A stretch of DNA of 64,000 nt from Chloroflexota bacterium (lineage in GTDB: Bacteria; Chloroflexota; Dormibacteria; CF-121), in assembly GCA_005881175.1 (NCBI GenBank), contig VBEN01000025.1:21548-85547 (forward strand), read 5' to 3'. The notes under the pieces are model-generated. The model saw only the letters and a program-made list of their open reading frames with translations. It was not told the DNA's origin and ran no database searches. This document shows positions 37,111 to 46,851 of the stretch, one piece after another. Numbering within the stretch: position 1 is the stretch's first letter; each line of letters opens with the position of its first letter. The position numbers were made by a program, and so were the translations under genes.

Positions 37111-38715
37111 GTGCCGGCCGAATACGACGCGATCATCGTCGGGGGCGGGCACAACGGGCTCGCGACGGCCGCCTATTTGGGGAGGGCAGGACTCAAAACC
37201 CTGGTACTCGAACGGCGAGGCGTCCTGGGCGGGGCCGCCGTCAGTGAGCGTCCCTGGCCCGGCTACACGGTCTCGACCCTGTCGTATGTCCTCTCGCTGA
37301 TGCCTCCCGAAGTGATTCGAGAGCTGGAGCTGCATCGACATGGATTGACGCTGTATCCGCTTGCCGCCGACTACTACGTACCGTTCCCCGACGGATCTCA
37401 CCTGCTGCTGACCAAGGACGCGGCTCAGGCGAAAGCGGAGATCGGCAAATTTTCGAAGGCGGATGCCCAAGCCTGGCCAGTGTTCAGCGAGTACCTGGCG
37501 AAGCTCGCCCGCCTCGTCCGGCCATTGCTCTTGATGACCCCGCCGGCCGTCGGCGCGAAATCGCCGGCGGACCTGCTGGAACTGGCCCGCTTCGCCTGGA
37601 AGCTCAAGGGGCTCGACGTCAAGAGCACGGGAGACTTCGTGAAAGTCATGACGCTGTCCGTCGCCGAGCTGCTCGATGAATGGTTCGAGTCACCGCAGGT
37701 CAAGGCGGCGCGCTGCGTCTCCGGCGCGATCGGGACCTACGGGGGACCCCACACGCCGGGCACGGCCTACGTCCTGCTGCATCACTACATCGGTGAGGTC
37801 GGCGGGCAGATGGCGGAGTGGGCCTTCGTCCGCGGAGGCACCGGCGCCGTCTCAATGGCGATCGCGGATGATGCCCGGGAGCACGGTGCCGAGATTCAGA
37901 CCGGGGCGCGAGTGGCACGCATCCTCGTCGAGAATGGCCGATCGCTTGGCGTCGCGCTCGTCGACGGCACCGAGCTCCGGGCGCGCGCCGTGGTGTCGAA
38001 TGCCCACCCGAAGATCACATTTTGCGAGCTTGTGGAATCGAGCCAGCTGCCGGCCGATTTCGTACGCGCGATCGACCGATATAAGTCGCGCTCCGGCACG
38101 GTCAAGGTCAACCTGGCGCTGGGGGAACTGCCTAGATTTGACGGCCTCGAGCCGGAGGATTCGATGACCGCGGCCCGCTCGTTCATCCAGCTCTGCGACT
38201 CGATGGAGTACCTGGAACGCGCCTTCGACGACGCGAAATATGGTCGGCCCTCAACCGCGCCGTACTCCGACGGCGTGATTCCGACCGTCGTTGACGACTC
38301 GCTTGCTCCCAGCGGAAAGCACCTGATGAGCTGCTTCACGCAGTACGTCCCTGCCAGCTGGTCACAGGCGCCGCATCGCGCCGAGCTCGAAGCGTTCGCC
38401 GATCGCGTGATCGACGGTTACGGGCGCTTCGCGCCCAACCTCAAGATGGCCGTCGAGCACCGCCAGGTTCTCGGGCCCTACGACATGGAGCAGGAGTACG
38501 GGCTGGTGGGCGGCAACATCATGCACGGCGATCTCACGCTCGACCAGTTGTTCTCATGGCGGCCGGTGGCCGGCTACGCCGATTACCGCACGCCCATCAA
38601 AGGGCTCTACCTCTGCGGGTCGGGTACTCATCCCGGCGGCGGCATTAGCGGCATCAACGGTCGTAACGCCTCCAAGGAGATCCTCAAGGACCTGAAGGGG
38701 CTAGCTCGGCGCTGA
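37111..38715 (+). CDS. NAD(P)/FAD-dependent oxidoreductase, phytoene-desaturase (CrtI)-like family
   Basis: Rossmann 'YDAIIVGGGHNGLATAAYLGRAGLKTLVLERR'. The C-terminal 'GLYLCGSGTHPGGGISG' is typical of COG1233 enzymes. GTG 37111 is preferred over TTG 37060. Confidence 0.8.
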   Translation: MPAEYDAIIVGGGHNGLATAAYLGRAGLKTLVLERRGVLGGAAVSERPWPGYTVSTLSYVLSLMPPEVIRELELHRHGLTLYPLAADYYVPFPDGSHLLLTKDAAQAKAEIGKFSKADAQAWPVFSEYLAKLARLVRPLLLMTPPAVGAKSPADLLELARFAWKLKGLDVKSTGDFVKVMTLSVAELLDEWFESPQVKAARCVSGAIGTYGGPHTPGTAYVLLHHYIGEVGGQMAEWAFVRGGTGAVSMAIADDAREHGAEIQTGARVARILVENGRSLGVALVDGTELRARAVVSNAHPKITFCELVESSQLPADFVRAIDRYKSRSGTVKVNLALGELPRFDGLEPEDSMTAARSFIQLCDSMEYLERAFDDAKYGRPSTAPYSDGVIPTVVDDSLAPSGKHLMSCFTQYVPASWSQAPHRAELEAFADRVIDGYGRFAPNLKMAVEHRQVLGPYDMEQEYGLVGGNIMHGDLTLDQLFSWRPVAGYADYRTPIKGLYLCGSGTHPGGGISGINGRNASKEILKDLKGLARR

Positions 38716-38738
38716 AGGCCCAGCGCGCGGGCCCTGGC

Positions 38739-39506
38739 CTAGAGCACGCTCGAGAGAAACGTCCGGGTACGCTCGTGCTGCGGATTCGTCAACACTGCTT
38801 TGGGCTTCCCCTCTTCCACCACGACTCCGCCATCCATGAAAACCAGGCTGTCGCCAACCTCCCGGGCGAAACCCATCTCATGCGTAACCACCACCATCGT
38901 CATGCCGTCCTCAGCTAACCCGCGCATGACATCCAGCACTTCGCCAACCAGCTCCGGATCGAGCGCCGACGTGGGCTCGTCGAAGAGCATCAGCTTGGGC
39001 TGCATGGCCAGCGCGCGGGCGATCGCCACTCGTTGCTGCTGGCCGCCGGAAAGCTGATTTGGATAGGCATTGACCTTTTCCGCTAATCCGACCCGCTCGA
39101 GGAGGCGTCGTCCCTGATCGACGGCGACGGCCCGGCTCTCTCTTTTGACTCGCAGGGGAGCCTCGATGACGTTCTCGAGGGCCGTCATATGGGGAAACAG
39201 ATTGAAGCGCTGAAAGACCATACCGATCTCAGAGCGTTTTCGACACACCTCCGCGTCGCGGAGCTCGTACAACTTGTCGCCCTGCTGACGATAGCCGACC
39301 AGCTCGCCGTCGACCGATAAGCGGCCGGCATCGATCTTCTCCAGGTGATTGATGCAGCGCAGGAAGGTGCTCTTGCCCGAGCCGGAGGGCCCGATCATGC
39401 ACATCACTTCCCTTGGGGCAACCTCGAGGTCGATGCCGCGTAGGACCTCGAGCCGCCCGAAGTTCTTGTGAACGGCTTCCGCCTTCACCATTGGGGTGCC
39501 GGCCAT
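38739..39506 (-). CDS. Polar amino-acid ABC transporter ATP-binding protein (GlnQ-like)
   Basis: 'GPSGSGKST', '[15 protein letters not shown]' and '[13 protein letters not shown]'. ATG 39506 lies just after the permease stop. Confidence 0.9.
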   Translation of the reverse strand: MAGTPMVKAEAVHKNFGRLEVLRGIDLEVAPREVMCMIGPSGSGKSTFLRCINHLEKIDAGRLSVDGELVGYRQQGDKLYELRDAEVCRKRSEIGMVFQRFNLFPHMTALENVIEAPLRVKRESRAVAVDQGRRLLERVGLAEKVNAYPNQLSGGQQQRVAIARALAMQPKLMLFDEPTSALDPELVGEVLDVMRGLAEDGMTMVVVTHEMGFAREVGDSLVFMDGGVVVEEGKPKAVLTNPQHERTRTFLSSVL

Positions 39507-39507
39507 T

Positions 39508-40488
39508 TCAGCGATGCTCGCTAGGAAGCACCACCGGGGCCTCCTGGGTAGCCGGCGGCGGAGCATGGAACGTTACGAGCATCCGGCGGAAGCGCTGAAA
39601 CGGCGTCATTGGCAATCCACGCTGAGTGCCCCGACCGAAACGCCGCTCCAGGTAATACTGGCCCACCGTCAGGATCGAGGTCATCACCAGGTACCAGATG
39701 CTGGCGACAATAAGCAGCTCCAGGACAGCATATGTGGCGGTGGCGATTTGCTGCTGCCGAGTGAAGAGCTCAGTGACCGAGGCGGCGAAGGCCAGCGAAC
39801 TTGTCTTCAGCATTGAGATCGTCTCATTCCCAGTCGGCGGGATGATAACCCGCATTGCCTGGGGCAGCACGATGCGCTGCATAACCAGCAGGCGGTCCAT
39901 GCCGAGGGCCTGGGCCGCCTCGGTCTGGCCGTGCTCGACGGAGATGATCCCGGCCCGCACGATCTCGGCCATATACGCCGCTTCGTTCAAGCCCAGCCCG
40001 AGTGTCGCTGCCATGAACGGCGTGATCAGTGTGTTGGTGCTCACCTGCCACCAGATCGAGGTGAACGGAATCCCGATGCCGATGTGTGGAAGGATCAGGT
40101 TGAGGTTGAACCAGAAGAAGATCTGCACCAGCACTGGCGTGCCCCGGAAGAACCACACATAGAACCAGCTGACCGAGGAAACCACCGGGTTGGGTGAGAT
40201 CCGCATCACCGCCAGGATGACGCCCAGGATGATGCCGATCACCATCGCCAGGACGGTCAGCTCCAGCGTGACGACGATGCCTTGCAAGATCAGCCGATGA
40301 AACACGTAGTGGCCCACCGCGGCCCAGCCGGAGCCGAACGACGTGAGGTCGCTCTGGATCGCTGCGGCGATCGTATAAACGATGGCGGCGGCGACCGCGA
40401 GCACGACAACCGCCGCCACCCAGCGTCCCGGGTGCCTGACCGGGACGGCCTTGATCGCCTCGGGCCGCTGCGCTACTGCATCAGCCAC
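39508..40488 (-). CDS. Polar amino-acid ABC transporter permease (His/Glu/Gln/Arg/opine family)
   Basis: '[13 protein letters not shown]' and '[26 protein letters not shown]' (EAA loop). Confidence 0.9.
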   Translation of the reverse strand: MADAVAQRPEAIKAVPVRHPGRWVAAVVVLAVAAAIVYTIAAAIQSDLTSFGSGWAAVGHYVFHRLILQGIVVTLELTVLAMVIGIILGVILAVMRISPNPVVSSVSWFYVWFFRGTPVLVQIFFWFNLNLILPHIGIGIPFTSIWWQVSTNTLITPFMAATLGLGLNEAAYMAEIVRAGIISVEHGQTEAAQALGMDRLLVMQRIVLPQAMRVIIPPTGNETISMLKTSSLAFAASVTELFTRQQQIATATYAVLELLIVASIWYLVMTSILTVGQYYLERRFGRGTQRGLPMTPFQRFRRMLVTFHAPPPATQEAPVVLPSEHR

Positions 40489-40508
40489 GCCGGCTCGTGA
40501 CTAGCTCA

Positions 40509-41363
40509 TCAGGACGGAATGCAGCTTGGTCCGATCGAGTTGTTGTCGTTGACCTTGACGTGCATCGGACTGCCCTTGGCCATCGCGATGCCGTACGGGG
40601 CGACGCTGCATCCGCTCCCTGTGGTCTTCAGCTTGCCGCCGGTCACCTTCACTTGATAGGCAGCGATCTGGGAGTCGAGAAAGCCGATGTCGGCCCGCCC
40701 GGACATCAGCGCTGAGTTGGCGTCGGTCTGCTTCTCAAAGCTCGTGACCTTGATGGGCTGCTTGCTAGCTGCGGCGCAGTTGTCCTTGGCACCGGCGGTC
40801 GGCGTGCCGCCAATTTCCTTGCCCATGAACGCCCAGGCGTCGGTTTCCTCGGTGGTTCCCGTTTCGACCGCGACCGTATGACCGCACATGTCTGCGGCGC
40901 TATTGACGGTAAGGTTGCCCGAGGCCTTTACCACCCAGCCTTCTCCCGCCTTGTAGTAGCTGACAAAGTCGATGCCCTTGGCCTCGCGCTCTTGGGTTGG
41001 GGTAAAGCTGGAGATCCCGAGCAGATAGCGCGGCTCGCTGGCGGTGAGCTGCGGAATGATGTTCGAGAAGATGACGTTGTTGAAGGTGCAGGCGACCCCC
41101 ATCACCTTGCAGACGGCTTTGCCGAAATCGATATCCCACCCGACGATGTCACCGGTGTTCTCGTCGACGTACTCATCGGGCGAGTAGGTCGCATCGGTCG
41201 CAATCTGGATCGGCGCCTTTGACTTGATGGAATCCGGCAGCTCCGCGGCAATACTGGCTACCTTGTTCGGCCCGCCCGAGCTCGCTGCAGGGCCCGCCGT
41301 CCCGCCTCCGCAGGCGGCGAGCGTCAAGGCTACCCCAATTAGGACCACTGGCAAACGCTTCAT
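40509..41363 (-). CDS. Polar amino-acid ABC transporter substrate-binding lipoprotein (family 3)
   Basis: Lipoprotein signal 'MKRLPVVLIGVALTLAAC', followed by a family-3 SBP-like body. Confidence 0.85.
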   Translation of the reverse strand: MKRLPVVLIGVALTLAACGGGTAGPAASSGGPNKVASIAAELPDSIKSKAPIQIATDATYSPDEYVDENTGDIVGWDIDFGKAVCKVMGVACTFNNVIFSNIIPQLTASEPRYLLGISSFTPTQEREAKGIDFVSYYKAGEGWVVKASGNLTVNSAADMCGHTVAVETGTTEETDAWAFMGKEIGGTPTAGAKDNCAAASKQPIKVTSFEKQTDANSALMSGRADIGFLDSQIAAYQVKVTGGKLKTTGSGCSVAPYGIAMAKGSPMHVKVNDNNSIGPSCIPS

Positions 41364-41448
41364 GCCTATCCTCCCCTTCCGGTTGGTTGTCAAACTGAGC
41401 CGTTGCGAGAATTGTATGCGAATGCCAAAGACGCCAACCTGGATGCGG

Positions 41449-42051
41449 TCAGGCCACAGGCACGCGCGTGAGGTAGTCGAAGATCAACTGCGACCAGGAC
41501 TCCATGTCCAGGTAGTAGCTCCGCATGGCGTCGAGTGGCAGCAGTGCGCCCGCAAGCTTGTCCACTTCGCGGATCGAGATCTCTGGCCGGTCGCCCTCCA
41601 CCAAAAAGATCAGCCCGACGTGCACCCGGCCAACCGGCGTCGTCTGGTCGTTGATCGCCCCCAGTAGCCGGGTCGAGAAGTGCCCATCGTAGACGACTTC
41701 CTCCTGCCATTCCCGCCGCAGCCCGGCCTCGATCGGGTCGGCAGCCCCGGCGACGTCTTCGGGATTGATGTGCCCGCCAACCCCCAGCGAGTACAGATGC
41801 CGCAGCCGGCGCTCGCTGGAACGGCGTAGCCGGTGGGTCAGGAAATAACGATCTTCGTGACGAAAGACGACGTAGGGAATGATCTGTGGCTCGGACGGGT
41901 CGTCCTCCACCTCGCGCCGCGGCCGGAACCGGTAGCCGGCGCGCACGCGAGTCTGCAGCTCAACCAGATCGGTGTCACGAAAGCCCACCCACTCGTTGCC
42001 CGCGAACAGGGCACCGCGAGGAACGACCAGGACCTCTTCGCGCGCGCCCAC
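41449..42051 (-). CDS. NUDIX-like hydrolase (divergent)
   Basis: Degenerate Nudix box 'GVGGHINPED...IEAGLRREWQEEV'. Length is 200 aa. Confidence 0.55.
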   Translation of the reverse strand: MGAREEVLVVPRGALFAGNEWVGFRDTDLVELQTRVRAGYRFRPRREVEDDPSEPQIIPYVVFRHEDRYFLTHRLRRSSERRLRHLYSLGVGGHINPEDVAGAADPIEAGLRREWQEEVVYDGHFSTRLLGAINDQTTPVGRVHVGLIFLVEGDRPEISIREVDKLAGALLPLDAMRSYYLDMESWSQLIFDYLTRVPVA

Positions 42052-42096
42052 CGGATGAGTCTAATGGGACTTTCGGGGTAGATGGATCGCGAGCCC

Positions 42097-42906
42097 CTAG
42101 TCGCCGTGTTCCTTATCCGTGGGACGCGGCGTCGGCCGAACGGTCGGCTGCGGGGTTGGTCGTGGCGTCGCTTGCTCGCCGATCAGCAGGGTCGGTGTCG
42201 CGATCGCATCCTCTTCTTCGATCCGGTCGAGCTCGTCGTTCGCGGCCGCAACGAGCTGTTTGATGTCCTCATCGTCGTCGCCGCGGCTGGCGTTTTCGCG
42301 CTCGACCGCGTCCAGCTTGACGTGCAGAGTATGCAGCGCTTCCTTGGCGGCCTTGGGGTTGGCCGGATTCTTTAGCGCGGCTGCCGCGTCATCGACAGTC
42401 ACCCGGAAGGCTCGCAGGCTGTTCTCGGCGAGCAGCGGCTTGTGATGGCCGGCCATCACTTGGGCTTCCCGGAGCCGCTCATTCGCCAGCTCCAGCTGAA
42501 TGGCCAGCCGCTCATTCGTCGGCGCGAGCGCCAGGCGCACGCTCTCTTCGAGTTGTTTGACCGGGTAAAGAGGATTGTCCGGGAGCGCGGACGGTGCCGC
42601 AAATGCGCTGCCCCCGGCGGCGAGTGCGGCGGTCGCGGCCATGGCGAAGGCAACGCCGAGGCGCCGATAGGATTGAATCCAAGGAATCCGCAACACACGG
42701 CGCTGCGGCAAGACAGCCTGGAGGTTTAGCCAGAACGGCGCGAAGGCCACCGGCGGAGCGGGCGGGAGCGTGACCAGCAGCAGGTTCAGCTCACGGACCT
42801 CGCGCAGTTCGTGGGCGCAGGTTGGACAGCCGGTGATGTGGCCGTCGATCCGGCGGCGCTCGATTTCATGCCGTATTCGCCTCCTCGGACGGGCCGACGA
42901 GGTCAC
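42097..42906 (-). CDS. Anti-sigma factor (zf-HC2 type) with periplasmic helical domain
   Basis: 'HITGCPTCAHEL' (H-x3-C-x2-C), one TM 'LGVAFAMAATAALAAGG' and a coiled C-terminal domain. It overlaps the upstream ECF sigma gene by 41 nt. Confidence 0.7.
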   Translation of the reverse strand: MTSSARPRRRIRHEIERRRIDGHITGCPTCAHELREVRELNLLLVTLPPAPPVAFAPFWLNLQAVLPQRRVLRIPWIQSYRRLGVAFAMAATAALAAGGSAFAAPSALPDNPLYPVKQLEESVRLALAPTNERLAIQLELANERLREAQVMAGHHKPLLAENSLRAFRVTVDDAAAALKNPANPKAAKEALHTLHVKLDAVERENASRGDDDEDIKQLVAAANDELDRIEEEDAIATPTLLIGEQATPRPTPQPTVRPTPRPTDKEHGD

Positions 42907-43465
42907 CCAGGCGCTCCCGGAGCAGGCGCTTCGCCCCGTTTAGGCGCGACATCACGGTGCCAAGCGGAATGTCGAGGGCTTTGGCGATCTCGTCGTAGCT
43001 GAGCTCGCCAAAGGCCTGGAGGGCGATGGTGTCACGGTAGTGCGGCGGCAGGCTCGCGATCGCGTAACGGACGGCCCGCTGAAGGTCGTGGCGAGCGGCG
43101 ACATCCTGCGGATCGGAGCCAGCGCTGACGAGCGACTGTTCGAGTCCGTCGATCGAGATCACCGGCCGGCGCCGCCGGAGCGCGTCGGTCACGGTATTGG
43201 CCGCCACCCGGTGCAGCCAGTGCTTGAAGGGTTTGTCGTGGCGATACGTCGGCAGGGCTTTGTAGACCTTGATAAAGACGTCCTGGGCGACGTCTTCGGC
43301 CAGCGCGAGCTCCCCCAGGGCTCGGAAGGCAACGTTGATCACCAACCGGTGGTAGCGGAGCACGAGCTGGCGGAAGGCCTCCTGGTCCCCCGCCGCGCTC
43401 CGATCGATTAACCGGCGTTCCTCGGCGTCCCCCTCGGTTGAGGGAATCTCTTCCGACTGGGCCAT
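42866..43465 (-). CDS. ECF RNA polymerase sigma factor
   Basis: 'AFRQLVLRYHRLVINVAFR...AEDVAQDVFIKVYKAL' and 'LPPHYRDTIALQAFGELSYDEIAKALDIPLGTVMSRL'. Confidence 0.9.
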   Translation of the reverse strand: MAQSEEIPSTEGDAEERRLIDRSAAGDQEAFRQLVLRYHRLVINVAFRALGELALAEDVAQDVFIKVYKALPTYRHDKPFKHWLHRVAANTVTDALRRRRPVISIDGLEQSLVSAGSDPQDVAARHDLQRAVRYAIASLPPHYRDTIALQAFGELSYDEIAKALDIPLGTVMSRLNGAKRLLRERLGDLVGPSEEANTA

Positions 43466-44238
43466 CTCCCGACGATGTGACGCGGCCCAGCGGATGGGCT
43501 TGCGACGCGCGGCGCCTGGGCAATGGCATCCAGCAACGCGCTGGCGACGATGGCGCCGTCGGCCTTGCCCTCCAGCGCCGCCAGATGCTCCGGTTTGGAG
43601 ATGCCAAAGCCGACCACGACCGGCAGTGTGGTGTGCCGGCGCACCACCTCGATGAGCGGCAGGACAGCCGGATCCAGCTGCGCCCGCGCCCCAGTGACGC
43701 CGGTGACGGCGACGCAGTAGATGAATCCGGTGGCGGCTCGGCAGGCCGCCTCGATCCCGGTGTCGCTGCTGGTGGGCGCGACGAAGAACACCAGGTCGAT
43801 GCCGGCCGCATCGGCCGCCGGGCGGAGCTCGCCCGATTCGGCCGGCGGCAGGTCCGGCACGATGAGCCCGTCGATGCCGGCCGCCTTCGCCGCCCGGCAG
43901 AAGCGGTCGAGGCCAAAGGCCAGGATGGGATTGAGATAGGTCATGAACAGCAGAGGCACCTGGGTCACCGACCGAGCGGCCTGCGCAGACTCGAGGGCGC
44001 CGGCAACGGTCATACCGGCCTTGAGCGCGAGCTGCGAGGCCGCCTGGATGGTCCGACCGTCGGCCAGCGGATCCGAGAAGGGAATGCCCAGCTCGACCGC
44101 GTCGGCGCCTGCCCCGGCTGCCGCCTCGACCAGTGCGGGGGTGAGCGCCAGCCGAGGATAGCCAACCGTGAGGTACGCGATCAGGGCCAGGCGCCGCTCC
44201 GCGCGGACTCGGGCGAACATCGACCCGATCCGGCTCAC
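43408..44238 (-). CDS. trpA: Tryptophan synthase alpha chain
   Basis: 'LIAYLTVGYP', 'GADAVELGIPFSDPLADG' and 'VVGFGIS'. The basic C-terminal tail overlaps the sigma gene start by 58 nt. Confidence 0.9.
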   Translation of the reverse strand: MSRIGSMFARVRAERRLALIAYLTVGYPRLALTPALVEAAAGAGADAVELGIPFSDPLADGRTIQAASQLALKAGMTVAGALESAQAARSVTQVPLLFMTYLNPILAFGLDRFCRAAKAAGIDGLIVPDLPPAESGELRPAADAAGIDLVFFVAPTSSDTGIEAACRAATGFIYCVAVTGVTGARAQLDPAVLPLIEVVRRHTTLPVVVGFGISKPEHLAALEGKADGAIVASALLDAIAQAPRVASPSAGPRHIVGRWPSRKRFPQPRGTPRNAG

Positions 44239-44248
44239 GCGATCGCGT

Positions 44249-45484
44249 TCACGCGCCGGCGGCGCCCCGGACGATGTCGAGGTCCTTGTCGCCGCGACCC
44301 GAGAGATTGATGAGCACGGTGTTGTCGGCAGCGAGCGTCGGCGCCAGCGTCATCGCGTAGGCGATCGCATGAGAGCTCTCCAGGGCTGGAATGATGCCCT
44401 CCATCCGGGACGTTTCGTGGAACGCCATAAGCGCCTGCTCGTCCGTCACGCTGACGTATTCGGCCCGGTGCACGTCGTGTAAGAAGGCGTGCTCCGGCCC
44501 GACGCCGGGATAGTCAAGGCCGGCGGAGATGGAATGGGTTGCCAGCACCTGGCCGTCGTCATCCTGCAGCAGGTAACTGAATGACCCATGCAACACACCG
44601 GGCCGGCCTGCGAGGATTGACGCGGCGTGCGCGCCACTCGTCAGCCCACGCCCTGCCGCCTCGACGCCGATTAGCCGGACCGGGTCCTCGTAGAACGGCG
44701 CGAAGATCCCAATCGCATTGCTGCCGCCGCCGACGCAGGCGACCACCACCGACGGCAAGCGGCCGGTCTCGGCGAGCATCTGGGCGCGCGCTTCCCTCCC
44801 GATCACCGACTGAAACTCGCGCACCATCAGTGGATATGGATGCGGCCCGACCGCCGACCCGATGACGTAATTGGTCGTCCGCACATTCGTCACCCAGTCA
44901 CGGATCGCCTCGTTGGTGGCATCCTTGAGCGTTTTGCTGCCGCTTTCCACCGGCATCACTGTTCCGCCCAACAGCCGCATCTTGTCGACGTTGGTGGCCT
45001 GGCGCGCCATGTCGTCGACTCCCATATAGACCTCGCAATCCAGGCCGAACTTGGCGCAGACGGTCGCCACCGCGACACCATGCTGACCGGCGCCGGTCTC
45101 GGCGATGATCCTTCGCTTGCCCATCCGTCGGGCCAGCAGCACCTGGCCGAGCGCATTGTTGATCTTGTGCGCCCCGGTGTGGCAGAGGTCTTCCCGCTTC
45201 AGCCAGAGCGGCGCGCCACCGGCTCGCTGGCTGAGCCGATCGGCGCGATAGATTGGCGTCGGCCGCCCGCTGAATGTCCGCGACAGCGATTCGAAGTCAC
45301 GACGAAACTCGTCGTCGCGCTGCGCGGCATCGAACGCGGCCGCCAGTTCGTCGACGGCCGCCATCAAAGTCTCGGGGATGAACCGGCCGCCGTAGCCGCC
45401 AAATCGCCCGCGCGCGTCCGGCCCTTTGACTATCGACTCCTTCCCCCCTTGTGGGGGAGGGTCGGGGTGGGGGGTCGCCGTCAT
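44249..45484 (-). CDS. trpB: Tryptophan synthase beta chain
   Basis: '[16 protein letters not shown]', the PLP lysine in '[11 protein letters not shown]' and 'GGGSNAIG'. The N-terminal '[12 protein letters not shown]' is encoded by a G/C-rich repeat element. Confidence 0.9.
   Translation of the reverse strand: MTATPHPDPPPQGGKESIVKGPDARGRFGGYGGRFIPETLMAAVDELAAAFDAAQRDDEFRRDFESLSRTFSGRPTPIYRADRLSQRAGGAPLWLKREDLCHTGAHKINNALGQVLLARRMGKRRIIAETGAGQHGVAVATVCAKFGLDCEVYMGVDDMARQATNVDKMRLLGGTVMPVESGSKTLKDATNEAIRDWVTNVRTTNYVIGSAVGPHPYPLMVREFQSVIGREARAQMLAETGRLPSVVVACVGGGSNAIGIFAPFYEDPVRLIGVEAAGRGLTSGAHAASILAGRPGVLHGSFSYLLQDDDGQVLATHSISAGLDYPGVGPEHAFLHDVHRAEYVSVTDEQALMAFHETSRMEGIIPALESSHAIAYAMTLAPTLAADNTVLINLSGRGDKDLDIVRGAAGA
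45439..45474 (+). repeat. About 36-nt C-run/TT/G-run element (copy 1), inside the 5' end of trpB
   Basis: 'ccttccccccttgtgggggagggtcggggtgggggg' matches the copy at 48893-48928 at 27 of 36 positions (hand alignment). It can form a hairpin. Confidence 0.35.
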
Positions 45485-46095
45485 GACTCGCTCACCCCGC
45501 GGACGGCTGCGACAAAGGCGCGGAGCTTGGCCGGATCCTTGCGGCCCGGCTCGGCCTCGACGCCGCTGCAGACGTCGACGCCCCAGGGATGCAGGGCGCG
45601 CACCGCGCCGTCGACGTTTGTCGGCGTCAGTCCCCCGGAGACGATCACTGGATAGCGGCGGGCCACCTCCGTCGCCTGGCTCCAGGCCCAGGTTCGTCCG
45701 GTGCCACCGATGGTGTCCGGCGCCCAGGTGTCGAGTAGGGGATGGTCGCCCTCATCGAACCGCATGGTGCTGAGCTCCTCGCCGGCGTGGACTCGAAACG
45801 CGGGCAGCAGCAGCAGGCCGAGCGCGCGATCGGCGGCGCTCAGCGGCCGGTAAACCTGGATTGCGGTCAGGGCGCATGCCTGCGCGACGGCGCCGATCTC
45901 GTCGGGTGTTTCGTCGACAAAGACGCCCACCCGCGCGACCGTGGCCGGCACATCGGCGAGCAGCGCCTGGGCCTGGTCGACGCGAACCTGCCGCTTGCTG
46001 CGGGTGAAGATGAATCCGAGGAGGTCGACGCCCAGCTCGACCGCGAGCTGGACGTCGGCATGTTGCGTGTTCCCGCATACTTTGATCTTTGTCAC
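45481..46095 (-). CDS. trpF: Phosphoribosylanthranilate isomerase
   Basis: 'KIKVCGNT', 'DLLGFIF', 'GGTG' and 'GGL.P.NV' motifs. Both ends have 4-nt overlaps with neighbouring genes. Confidence 0.9.
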   Translation of the reverse strand: MTKIKVCGNTQHADVQLAVELGVDLLGFIFTRSKRQVRVDQAQALLADVPATVARVGVFVDETPDEIGAVAQACALTAIQVYRPLSAADRALGLLLLPAFRVHAGEELSTMRFDEGDHPLLDTWAPDTIGGTGRTWAWSQATEVARRYPVIVSGGLTPTNVDGAVRALHPWGVDVCSGVEAEPGRKDPAKLRAFVAAVRGVSES

Positions 46096-46836
46096 GGTCC
46101 GCTGAGCTCCCGGACCTTGGCATCCAGGTCCGCCGCGCGCAGCAGCGACTCGCCCACCAGCGCCGCATCGACGCCCAGCCGGTCGAGCTCATCGATGTCG
46201 GCGCGCTTGTCGATGCCGCTCTCGCTGATCACGAGCCAGCCGGGGGGAATCAGCGTTCGCAACCGCGCGGTGATCTCATGGTCAGTCTTCATCGTTGTGA
46301 GATTCCGGTTGTTGATGCCGATGATCTCGGAACGGACCCGAAGCGCGCGCCGCAGCTCCGCTTCCGAATGAACCTCGACGACCACCGACATCCCGAGCCG
46401 GATGGCCACGTCATGGAGGCTCGCCAGCTCGCCGTCCTGAAGAATCGCCGCGATCCGTTCCGAGATCATCGGCATCAACAACCGGGATCTCGACGGCGGC
46501 GTGCACCGCTTGCAGGTGATCGAGATTGCCTCCGAAAAATTCCGGCTCGGTGAGCACCGAAATCGCCGATGCGCCGTTGGCCGCGTATCGGCGCGCCAGC
46601 GCAACCGGGTCATAGTCACGCTGCAAAAGTCCGCCGGACGGCGAGCGTTGCTTGCATTCGGCGATCAGGGCCACACCCCGTCGGCGTAAGGCGCCTCGAA
46701 AATCGCGGACCGGCGGTGCGGCGGTGACCGATCGCGGCAAGCCTTTGGCCGCCCCGGAGGCTTTGAGTCGAGCGATCGAGGCGCGCCGTGCCTCGAGAAT
46801 ACGGTCGAGGATTGGCGCGGTGTGAGTAGCCATCAA
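46092..46836 (-). pseudogene. trpC: Indole-3-glycerol-phosphate synthase, disrupted (frameshift plus replaced catalytic segment)
   Basis: The N-terminal ORF 46836->46411 ('ILDRILEARR...ALIAECKQRSPSGG...SVLTEPEFFGG...AVEIPV') and the C-terminal ORF to 46092 ('...VVVEVHSEAELRRAL...IIGINNRNL...LVISESGI...') are in different frames. The 'LRKDF...' segment between them is replaced by an inverted copy of downstream sequence. Confidence 0.8.
46301..46489. repeat. Inverted repeat: 32-bp perfect arms (46305-46336 and 46454-46485), or 36 bp with one mismatch, with a 117-bp spacer, inside trpC
   Basis: 'ccggttgttgatgccgatgatctcggaacgga' on the plus strand at 46305 equals the reverse complement of 46454-46485. 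Verified base by base. Confidence 0.9.
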
Positions 46837-46851
46837 CAGCCGGAGCCCCGA

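Noticed and set aside
46301-46489. The trpC inverted repeat as a regulatory hairpin or attenuator
   Set aside because: It lies inside the coding region. One arm is the sense sequence of a conserved catalytic motif and the other is its antisense copy replacing essential residues. It breaks the reading frame rather than preceding a gene.
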